From assembly GCF_001194135.2 (NCBI RefSeq), contig NC_068988.1:73424869-73457974 (forward strand): a stretch of DNA of 33,106 bases, in the 5' to 3' direction. Both the position numbers and the translations under genes were made by a program. Positions within the stretch are counted from its first letter, which is position 1. The number at the start of each line of letters is the position of its first letter. This document shows, piece after piece, positions 1-9,769 of the stretch. This DNA comes from Octopus bimaculoides (lineage: Eukaryota). The notes beneath the pieces are model-generated. The model made no database searches. It saw nothing but the letters and a program-made list of their open reading frames with translations, and was not told the DNA's origin.

Positions 1-49
<49 letters not shown>
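1..49. repeat. (TA)n microsatellite
   Basis: Direct reading. Confidence 0.98.
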
Positions 50-53
<4 letters not shown>

Positions 54-105
54 AACAAGAGCACTTAGAGAGCGCAAACCTCCGCCTAGGCAACACCAAC
101 GTCCT

Positions 106-1921
106 TATTTCTTTTATTGAACACATGGCTCTTATAGAGAGGGGACAGTACAAGGACCTACAAAACAATACATACATATCGTATGAAATTATGGATACAA
201 TGAGAAATGAGGATGGAATGACTTACCTGCCCCCCACCCATAAGCAGGCAGTTTCATTTTACTGTTTTTATATAACGTTTTAGTGACAGTTCAATGTTCT
301 GTCTTTTCCCTTTTTTCCTCTTTTTCTTTTAAAATTTACACAAAGTCACTAATTATTCAGTTCTTAAATTTCCTCACTTACTCTCATTTACACCAAATAC
401 TCCGTTAAATCTTCGAATGCCACCACCGGCGGCAGTTCATCAAAACGATACTGTACCGGTGTCACTTCTAACTTTTCACCAAACAATTCCTTCAACCTTT
501 CTCCTCTCTCTCTCTTTCCAGCAGAACAGCTTTCAAACCTCCATTTTTCTTGTTAGTTGACAATTTAATTCTAATAACATTCTTCATTTTCGCAATGTTT
601 TTTTCTATCTCTACATTTTTTTGTGTATTGTATCATTTCTTAATTGTTTTCCTTTCGGTGTCTCTCTCTGATTTTCTTCACCAATCTCTTCTACTGTTGC
701 TAGTATTTCTATCTCTGTATTCTTTATTATTATCATTTCTCTTTCATCTTCCTTTTTCTTCTGTACTTTCTCCTCCTTGCTGGTTGTTGGTAACGGTCTC
801 TATTTTCGCTCTTCGACTTCGTCACTTACTTTCATTTTTTTCTCTGCTCGTTCGCTTTTCCCTGTTTCACGCACTGCGTCTCCTCTCCATTTCCCTTTCT
901 TTTCTTCCTAGGACTTTTTGATGGTGAGTCCGCGTTACTCTTTTTCCTCTTCACCACTGTATACTGTTCTTTCATACTTTGTTCTTCTACGGTTGAAACC
1001 TCTTCTTGTTGTTGTTCTTTCTCTATCCCCTCCTCTTCGTGTTTCTAGGGACACTTAGCTTTTATGTGTCCCCGTACTCCACATTGATAGCATACGGGAA
1101 GTCTTCCTTCCACTACAACTCTCAGCTTCGTCTCGTCCGGCAACACCAATTCTTCTGCAATTCTGTGGAGGTCTGGTAAACTGATGTGAACCGACACCTC
1201 AAGGCGGTATCCCCAACAGTTTACCTCCGTAGTTCTTGTAATTTTCAGTATTTTGGTGTCCTCCTCTGTAAAATAGAGGATGGTTGCCACCAGCCACGCC
1301 TCGTCAATTTCTGGGGGTACTCTACCAATCCTTACTCTGGCCGCACGTTTGCAACAGTAGGTTGGTAGTAGCACCCACTCAGTTGATCTCAAAGGCACAG
1401 TGGAGTGTTTTATCGCTTCTTGTTCACTCGCGAAGCGTACCTCCACTGTGCCGTCTTTCTTTCCTTAGGTGTAGTACGTCGTTAAATCTTTGACTTCTCT
1501 CAAGCATTCTTCAACCTCCTCCACTGCTGCTACTTCCAATCTTTTTGTTGCGATAGACAGCGTTCTCTATACTATTGTTTTTTCTCTCTGTTTTTTTCTA
1601 TAACTTCCTTAGGGGGTGTCAGCCTCAGGCTGTCTCCTTCCTTTCTCATTAGTTTCATTCAGTTCAGTTTCTCTAACTTGCAGTATATCTGCTGTTAGAC
1701 TCTTGCCAGTTACCTCAGCGAAACTGCTTGCTGGTACTGGTTTACCTTCCATAATATTATCCACAACTTCACCCATAAATGGGGAAGAAAAACAAAAATT
1801 CAGGCAACAATAAATGCAACAATTCAGTAATAAAACAATTTAACAATAACAATGTAACAATAACAAAACTCACATGGAGAGAACACGCATCAAACGCAGC
1901 CGGGAATCAAACGACTCGAGA
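106..1921 (-). mobile_element. ORF1-only L1/Tx1-type non-LTR retrotransposon (HAL1-like) with 15-bp TSD
   Basis: It is flanked by caacaccaacgtcct (91-105) and caactccaacgtcct (1922-1936), a 14/15 match. On the minus strand it has a ~145-nt 5' leader, a decayed ORF1 with a CCHC knuckle and a ~280-nt 3' region ending ...tcAATAAAagaaata. No endonuclease or RT sequence lies between the TSDs. Confidence 0.8.
388..1776 (-). pseudogene. Degenerate gag-like ORF1 (about 460 codons, with stops and at least one frameshift)
   Basis: ATG at 1776 gives MGEVVDNIMEGKPVPASSFAEV, continuing through the track ORF 1045-1446 (..EVRFASEQEA..RVRIGRVPPEIDEAWL..VVVEGRLPVCYQCGVRGHIKAKC). This contains a C-X2-C-X4-H-X4-C zinc knuckle. 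An E/K/R-rich tail follows, then ..LKELFGEKLEVTPVQYRFDELPPVVAFEDLTEYLV* (TAA at 388-390). Confidence 0.75.
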
Positions 1922-2884
1922 CAACTCCAACGTCCTCTCAACGATTAGCCAGAAATGATTTTTAAAACGAGATATCTGAAATAAACTCGACTGCTCTCAC
2001 AAATGAGAATACTAAAAATGAACCAGACCACTCTCAAAAATTAAGTAAAAAAGCTGGAAAAATAATCCAGAATCCTTGTCTGGTACCTGATCGATCCCAA
2101 TGGTAGTCAGGTGGCTGTAGAAAATTTAGAAGCAGTAATAAGTAGTTTATCCGTATCTAATACAAGCCAAAGTTAACAAATTCACCATTCAAAATAGTTT
2201 CAAAGGTGGAGGTAATAATAAGTTCTCCTCAGGAATTTTTAAATGAACAGCATGGGACCTCTTGGTTTTCTCTTCTCTTAAATTCCAGCCTTCCTTTAGT
2301 ATTCCTGTTGTTTTAGATCTATGTATAGATGTATGTATATATGTAAGTATATGTAAGTGTTAATATGTATGTATAATATATAATATATACATCATAAAAA
2401 TATGTTAGTGTTATTTTATTTCTGAACGGTTTTGCTGCCGTTTGTTTATGCAGTTTGATTTCTTTATCCGTCAGTATCTACTAAAATAGAGACGCGAGTA
2501 AAATTAATTATAGAGAAACGAAAATAAAACTTTGGAAACAGCCTAAAGGGAGATAATTGAGAAGGACTTGAAAGTCAACGTAAGATCGTAATCATGTAAT
2601 GTAAATATAACAAATAATCCAGAATCCTTGTCCGGTACCGGATCGATCCCAAAATCTAATCAGTTCGTGCCAGTCACGAAGCCAAACATCCCTGAAAGCT
2701 TCATCCGAATCCATCTAGCGGTTCTTGAGATATCTTGTGCACGGACAAACAAACAAACACAACTGAAAAACAATACTTCTGCCTTCGCTAAGGCGGAGTT
2801 AATAATTGGAAAATACGAAAAATCTAGACTATTACAGACAATTTGAACATGGTCGTGTATTAAATGAAAAGAAAAGGTGTTTCC

Positions 2885-3567
2885 TATACATATACATACA
2901 TACATACATACATATATATATACATACACACACACACACACACACACANNNNNNNNNNNNNNNNNNNNNNNNNNNNNNNNNNNNNNNNNNNNNNNNNNNN
3001 NNNNNNNNNNNNNNNNNNNNNNNNNNNNNNNNNNNNNNNNNNNNNNNNNNNNNNNNNNNNNNNNNNNNNNNNNNNNNNNNNNNNNNNNNNNNNNNNNNNN
3101 NNNNNNNNNNNNNNNNNNNNNNNNNNNNNNNNNNNNNNNNNNNNNNNNNNNNNNNNNNNNNNNNNNNNNNNNNNNNNNNNNNNNNNNNNNNNNNNNNNNN
3201 NNNNNNNNNNNNNNNNNNNNNNNNNNNNNNNNNNNNNNNNNNNNNNNNNNNNNNNNNNNNNNNNNNNNNNNNNNNNNNNNNNNNNNNNNNNNNNNNNNNN
3301 NNNNNNNNNNNNNNNNNNNNNNNNNNNNNNNNNNNNNNNNNNNNNNNNNNNNNNNNNNNNNNNNNNNNNNNNNNNNNNNNNNNNNNNNNNNNNNNNNNNN
3401 NNNNNNNNNNNNNNNNNNNNNNNNNNNNNNNNNNNNNNNNNNNNNNNNNNNNNNNNNNNNNNNNNNNNNNNNNNNNNNNNNNNNNNNNNNNNNNNNNNNN
3501 NNNNNNNNNNNNNNNNNNNNNNNNNNNNNNNNNNNNNNNNNNNNNNNNNNNNNNNNNNNNNNNNNNN

Positions 3568-3608
<41 letters not shown>
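2885..3608. other. Assembly gap 2949-3567 flanked by (TACA)n/(CA)n and (TA)n
   Basis: Run of N bounded by microsatellites. Confidence 0.98.
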
Positions 3609-3609
<1 letters not shown>

Positions 3610-4760
3610 CCTATATAGGCGCTTCTTTAATATTTCTAGGCGCCTATTAGAATAATTTCTAACAATAAAAAGTGCGTCGTCTCTATACAAACCCCCTCTT
3701 AAATCGGGGAACTCTTTATTTATGTTATCGGAAAGGTAGATTACCACTAAGTCTGTCGCTTCAGCCGAGTCCGGCGAGCCCATTGTAATATCAAAGAGAT
3801 TAGAGGTGTCATTTCTTGCCCATAGTTTGTTATCGAATTCGATGACAGATTTACGGGCCGTAAGTACAACATTGATTTTCCTAATATTTAAATAAGTAAA
3901 TTTCCTAGCGAAGATAAGAGCACTGTTCAAAATAGTGGAGTTAATTGAAGAGTAATAATTTTGTCTATTTGCAGGAATTTCTGTTTATCCTTACTTTGTA
4001 TATTGGAGAACCAGTCTAATGCACTTTGGGTGTTACTTCATAGTTCTAGCTTAATTTTGTTTTTCAGCGTTGGTAGGTATTTATCCAAAATTACCTTACT
4101 TAGTTTACCTATATCCGATTTATTAGGGCATATTAATCTAACTTGTATTTTATTTAGGAAGTTATCCTTATGGTCCTTAATTATAATACGGGGTCTGATT
4201 GGTGTAAATGGTTCTGCCTTATCATCTAAGTTAAAGTCCAGCATAATCTTGGCTTCTAAATTTATTTTCTTGAGTGTATTATTAGGGACTATCTTATACT
4301 TTTTAGTAATTTCCCTTTGGATGAGTTCATGGTAGATATTAGGGTCAATGTTGTAGATATTCTTAGTTTTATCAGAGTGTGTTAGAATTCTATTATTTGT
4401 ATCAAGTTCACGAATAAGATTCTTGAGCTTCCTCTGGGACGGGTTGTGTCTGTGGGGGGTGGTTCTTAAATTTAATGTTCTTAATAATATTCCATACTTC
4501 TTGCTCAAAAGTATCCAGGTCCTTGTTAGTTGGTGGTGCTTTTTTAGATTTAAAGATATGCTTGGTAAGTTCATTAATTTCTGTGTTACTGGTATTGGAA
4601 GTATTTGTAGTATTTCAAGTGATAGAATCCAACTATGATAGTAAACTAGAGTAGGCCGGGGAAAATTGTGGTTAAGAGTTGGTTCCACACTCCTCAAAAC
4701 GCTGGAACACCCGAACCAGATCCTCCTACTTGTTACTATGTAATTGTCTCCGAGACTCAA
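3609..4760 (-). mobile_element. Penelope-like element RT fragment (YRDD type; probably Hydra clade)
   Basis: The track ORFs give ..SDKTKNIY..IIIKDHKDNFLNKIQVRLICPNKSDIGKLSKVILD.., then after a frameshift ..FDITMGSPDSAEATDLVVIY..GGLYRDDALF... These are PLE RT motifs including the catalytic YxDD. The sequence breaks into (TA)n and a gap at about 3608. The clade name is from recall. Confidence 0.85.
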
Positions 4761-5309
4761 AGAGTGGCACGTGTGCTGTACAAGCGTTTATCATTATAAT
4801 CCAATGACGAATAGATGTCCCTTTATGGTGACCGAGAAATTATATCTAGACTAAAACCTTAAGAAATGTTTTGCGTTATTTTTATTTATATTATCACTTA
4901 TTGTCTTTATGCAACGTGGTAACCGATCTACATAGATTCTCACACAATCCAGGGAATTACAGTTTTGTTTTATTTTCAATGACACTGCATATAAATTCTT
5001 CTTTATATTTTCTTTTAGATTCCACGAGAAAATCCTAAATAGAATATCTATTACAAATTCAATGACTCCTCAAAAGATAAATTTGGAAATTTCTTTTCCA
5101 AACTACTGACAAAATCAGTTTTCTTCTCTGAAACTACAACTATTTTCTTAAATCATAGTATATTAAGAAATGTAGAATAACATCTGTAGCTGTTTCAGTT
5201 TATTTCAGCGATTTTGAGGTCAATCATTTTCTCTTAGTTTAGCGCACGCCTTACATTTTTCTATTATATAGATGTTGTGGTCAACGAAACTAAAGGCCAT
5301 GTCATTGTT

Positions 5310-5386
5310 GGCAGAATCGTTAGCACGCCAGGCAGAATGCAAAGTAGCATTTAGTTCGTTTTTATATTTCATGAAGTCGACTTCCT
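5310..5386 (+). mobile_element. Fragment of tRNA-derived SINE family B (ggcagaatcgttagcacgcc...)
   Basis: It matches the reverse complement of the copy at 8677-8868 (taacgattctgcc; gtcgac). Confidence 0.55.
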
Positions 5387-5509
5387 GCAGAAAAAAATTT
5401 TAATCGTGCATCGTAGCTCAAGAAAACGTTTGATAAAAAGCAATTTGTTGGTTTTCTTTGACTTGTATTTTAGAGAGGAACATAAGGGAATTTGTAATGA
5501 TCATGCATT

Positions 5510-5641
5510 GTGTATGTATGTGTGTATATATATATATGTATGTTTACACATACACACACGTGTGTGTGTATAAATATATGTATGTATGTATGTATGTATG
5601 TGTATGTATGTATGTATGTATGTATGTATGTATCTATATAT

Positions 5642-5719
<78 letters not shown>

Positions 5720-5790
5720 GTAAGTATATACACGTATATACGTAAGTATGCATATATATGTGTGCATATGTGTGTATATATTTGTGTATA
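5510..5790. repeat. Compound (TG)/(TATG)/(TA) microsatellite
   Basis: Direct reading. Confidence 0.95.
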
Positions 5791-5849
5791 TAGAGTCAGT
5801 TTTGACCAGCTACCTACTTGGTAGCAAGGTTGTGAAGGAAAGCGTTTTG

Positions 5850-6150
5850 TTCATCATCTTAAGAAATGTTTGCAGATTCTTATTGTACCAGATGTTGCAA
5901 TCATTTGTGGTGTATGAATAAAGAAGTTGTGTTCTCTTCCCAAGAACCAAAGTTCAGTCATACTCTGGTACGTATCCTATTGCTCCAATAATAATATTAG
6001 GTATGAAGCTAAAAGTGTTATCTTGGCTAGTGGATTTGCAAACTCCTTATCAATGGTACATAGATGTCTTCTTTCTCCTGTATTTTTCTAACCACATTAG
6101 TGTTCAGAGGGCAGCTGATTTTCACAACTGAGCATATCTATCCCTTGTGG
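5850..6150 (-). mobile_element. 3' remnant of an RLE-encoding non-LTR element (R4/Dong/NeSL-like)
   Basis: Minus-strand frames give ..FSFIPNIIIGAIGYVPE..LVLGK.. and ..KNLQTFLK... This resembles the PIIIGALG..L..GT..I.K C-terminus of restriction-like-endonuclease LINEs. It is heavily frameshifted and bounded by microsatellites. Confidence 0.5.
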
Positions 6151-6190
<40 letters not shown>

Positions 6191-6385
6191 CAAATAATAA
6201 ATGATTATATGCATATATACGTACATGTATGTACATACCTACATCTACATGTATATATAGATGCATATCTGGGTACAGGTGTTGCAAAAAAAACGTGGAC
6301 AAAATGATAAACAGGGTATAGAAAACACACAGGCCACATAGAGAACATTTCCTTCATTAGCTGCCACCATTCTATACATATATAT

Positions 6386-6556
6386 AGGCGTAGGAGTGCC
6401 TGTGTAGTAAGTAGCTTGCTTACGAATCACATGGTTCCGGGTTAAGTCCCACTGCGTGGCACCTTGGGCAAGTGTCTTCTACTATAGCGTCGGGCCGACC
6501 AAAGCCTTGTGAGTGGATTTGGTAGACAGAAACTAAAAGAAACCCGTCGTATATAT
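6386..6556 (+). mobile_element. tRNA-derived SINE family A, 5' half (runs into internal microsatellite and gap)
   Basis: It is a close match to 32483-32645, with an A-box-like tgcctgtgtagtaag, a B-box-like ggttaagtccc and the body ..ccaaagccttgtgagtggatttggtagac..ccgtcgtatata. Confidence 0.9.
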
Positions 6557-7136
6557 GTATATATANNNNNNNNNNNNNNNNNNNNNNNNNNNNNNNNNNN
6601 NNNNNNNNNNNNNNNNNNNNNNNNNNNNNNNNNNNNNNNNNNNNNNNNNNNNNNNNNNNNNNNNNNNNNNNNNNNNNNNNNNNNNNNNNNNNNNNNNNNN
6701 NNNNNNNNNNNNNNNNNNNNNNNNNNNNNNNNNNNNNNNNNNNNNNNNNNNNNNNNNNNNNNNNNNNNNNNNNNNNNNNNNNNNNNNNNNNNNNNNNNNN
6801 NNNNNNNNNNNNNNNNNNNNNNNNNNNNNNNNNNNNNNNNNNNNNNNNNNNNNNNNNNNNNNNNNNNNNNNNNNNNNNNNNNNNNNNNNNNNNNNNNNNN
6901 NNNNNNNNNNNNNNNNNNNNNNNNNNNNNNNNNNNNNNNNNNNNNNNNNNNNNNNNNNNNNNNNNNNNNNNNNNNNNNNNNNNNNNNNNNNNNNNNNNNN
7001 NNNNNNNNNNNNNNNNNNNNNNNNNNNNNNNNNNNNNNNNNNNNNNNNNNNNNNNNNNNNNNNNNNNNNNNNNNNNNNNNNNNNNNNNNNNNNNNNNNNN
7101 NNNNNNNNNNNNNNNNNNNNNNNNNNNNNNNNNNNN

Positions 7137-7176
<40 letters not shown>

Positions 7177-7192
7177 TACACACACGCACACA
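6557..7192. other. Assembly gap 6566-7136 flanked by (TA)n
   Basis: Run of N bounded by microsatellites. Confidence 0.98.
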
Positions 7193-8340
7193 CATGAGAA
7201 CTTACAGAAGAATTTATAAGCAGTGTCGTTGAAAATAAACACTTCACTGGCTTTTATAAGAATCTACATAGATCGGTCAACACGTTACATAAAGGCAATA
7301 TCTGATAATATTAATAAAAATAATGCAAAATATTTTGAGGCTTTAGTGTAAATATGTACAATCGATTTAAAAAAAAATTTTTTTTACTATTGTTGTATTG
7401 TTCTGTATTTGAAACCGAAGTCGAACAATTTTCTTGTCAGCTTTACTTTCCAAATATCGACAGTGAACGCTTATACTTTGAACTGCGAAACGGGTGGGAC
7501 AAAGAAAGAGAAAGAAAGTAAATAAAGAAATGAAAAGAAAGTGTGAAGTAGTCGGGTGAAAGAAAGCGAGGGCAAAGGATGGAAGAGGAAGAAGTAGAAG
7601 TATCATACAAAAGACTGAATGTACAGACTGCGCTCATAAACCATCATTATTTTCATACTATATAGAGGGGCCGTAAAGATATACAAGTTATTTAAGAGGT
7701 ATTAATAAACTAGATATAATAGCCTCATTATGTTAATAGGAGTAAAGTGTAGTAGTTGGCAATGTATAGAGCTTTTGTCAGTCACTGCAGGCTAGTGGGC
7801 CAAACAGCATTGACGGCATATTTAAGTCCCGCCCCTTATTGTACGATACACAAAAAAATTGTTGTCCAATGGAACCATAATAAATAGTACAGTTAGAAAG
7901 GGAGCGCTATCCAGCTCGAGGCTGTCCTTGTTTGTTTGCCCAAGAGTAGCTGCTTCCACGCTTGATAACATCTCTTCATCTTACCGACCAGAACATGATG
8001 TTTAGTCAGTTCTTGATTGGCCACATTTTCTCTATTTCTCTGTTTCTTTCTTTTGTCCCCATTGACAACATATTTGGTCGGTATTAGGTTATAATGATGG
8101 GAACTTTAATAAATTAAATTATCCGATTAATACATTTCAAAGAGACAAATCCAACGCGGCATTAAACGACATTACTCAATTTCCAAAAGAAGGCAGATGT
8201 ACTTTGAGTCAACATTAGATAAAAATGATGATAGTACATTAGATATGACAGTGTGGATGTATGGAGCATGTGTGTGTGTATGTACATATGTACAAACGCA
8301 CCTCTTTCTAGTCTAGACAGATGTGTTGTGCTTCTAATTC

Positions 8341-8347
8341 TCTCTCT

Positions 8348-8403
<56 letters not shown>

Positions 8404-8525
8404 ACACACTCACATATGTATATATATATATATATATATGCATACGAACAATATAGAAATATATTCATATATATGTACATGTATGTACATACCTTCATAT
8501 ATATATATATATTTATATATATAAA
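8341..8525. repeat. (CT)n then (TA)-rich compound microsatellite
   Basis: Direct reading. Confidence 0.95.
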
Positions 8526-8676
8526 TTAAATATACAGATATTCTATTGACAATCCAATAATTTATTTATATTACAATATTACATTAAATACTATGATTAA
8601 AATATATAACATAACATATTGACTATGTAGTGTACACTATTGGAGATATAGCCACGAGATACGCATAAAACATAAC

Positions 8677-8868
8677 ATTCTAATTTTGGCACAAGGCCAG
8701 CGATGTTTAGGGCAAGGGCATATCTATTACATCGACCCCGAAGAATGAAAGGCAAAGTCGACCACGGCGGAGCTTGAAAAGCTGCCTTACAAAGTTGTAA
8801 AGAGGAACGAAATGCCGCTAGGCAATCTTTCCGACGTTCTAACGATTCTGCCAGCTCGCCGCCTTACA
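8677..8868 (-). mobile_element. tRNA-derived SINE family B, internally deleted
   Basis: The minus strand reads aaggcggcgagctggcagaatcgttagaacgtcgg..gtcgactttgcctttcattcttcggggtcgat... Related fragments lie at 5310-5386 and about 13005-13045. Confidence 0.8.
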
Positions 8869-9179
8869 TAGCATTCTAATATAAATGCTTGCATATTATT
8901 TTTTTTTATATGGGCAGGAAAGAATGTATTACTGACATTTATTCCATTTCTATTTGAACATATATTTTACAATGAGATATTGCATGTTTAACACTTTTTG
9001 TCTTTTAGGTCATACATTTTGATATGCCAATAATATATCTTTTATGGTTTGTTTTTGGATAAAAGGTCTATGCTCATAGAATTCATAGGCCCTCATAGAC
9101 AGATCAACGCAGTTCATATTCTTCTACAAGCTTACAAGCAAAGGAAAAAAAAAAACAGGAAAACGAACAAACATGGATT

Positions 9180-9330
9180 TGGAGAGAATTCCAGGGAGTG
9201 AGATTCTGGGGACACAAGACTGGGTTAATGTTTAGTGCGAGGCCTAGGGGGAAAACTATAGGTGATGAGTAGAGGGGAGATATGTAGGTAGGTGAGCTTG
9301 GGTGGTAAGATGAGACTAGATTGCAATAGC
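9180..9330 (-). mobile_element. L2/CR1-like LINE ORF2 C-terminal remnant
   Basis: Frameshifted minus-strand translation gives ..PRPRTKH..QS.VPR.S.PWNSL, resembling the RT....SF.PRT...WNSLP terminus of CR1/L2-group ORF2. Confidence 0.45.
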
Positions 9331-9769
9331 ACTGACTGAGGCGAGGAGGAAGCTGATCTGTAGGACTTCATGCCAATCGGCTGGATGTGAATTATTGAAA
9401 TGAAGTCCTTTCTATATACATTTCTAACATCTAAACAAGAAAATATTTTTCAGAGGAGAGGCATAATAATGATAATAATAATCTTTTCTGCTATAGATAC
9501 AGGTCCTGGTTGATATGGAGATAAGTAAATCTCGTATTCACCGAAAATAGGCATGAAAGCTTGTCGATTGGAAAGTCTGCTCTCACTGATAGCCACGACA
9601 TCTATACTTAGTGAGCTCAGAACATTGAGTAGGTGGCCCTATCTCCAAGGCGACCCCAGGCTGCATACATTTGTATTGCCTATTCTGAGCATGGTCATGT
9701 TTTTCAGAGGGACAGAATAGGAAAAGAATCACCCTATTTCAGTGGATGGTCAATTTATTGACCTCGACG

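Larger units (their letters stand above)
54..2805 (-). mobile_element. Non-autonomous Helentron-like element (HINE/DINE-1 architecture), split into pieces 54-105, 1922-2100, a terminus at 2203-2218, and 2612-2805
   Basis: The subterminal motif acctccgcc (78-86) is inverted relative to ggcggagtt (2792-2800). That motif lies in a short hairpin, acttctgcc-ttcgctaa-ggcggagtt (2775-2800). A small terminal hairpin gcacttagagagcgc (61-75) sits next to the other end, and the element ends in ...tcttgtt on the minus strand. Subterminal IRs plus a 3' stem-loop with no ORF is the known HINE layout. Sequence either side of the 106-1921 insert joins through the duplicated 15-mer. Confidence 0.7.

Noticed and set aside
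550-921. 123-aa hydrophobic plus-strand ORF resembling a membrane protein
   Set aside because: It is the antisense reading of the purine-rich E/K/R tail of the minus-strand ORF1.
2806-3930. Long ORFs spanning N gaps (also 6420-7247, 15493-15884, 18192-18893, 28852-30217)
   Set aside because: They are artefacts of N runs and dinucleotide repeats (YI, HT, CV runs). Only the non-repeat parts matching PLE RT are meaningful.
7800-8030. GC-box (cccgcccc) and CCAAT-like motifs suggesting a promoter
   Set aside because: These are short motifs with no CpG island, downstream exon or other support.
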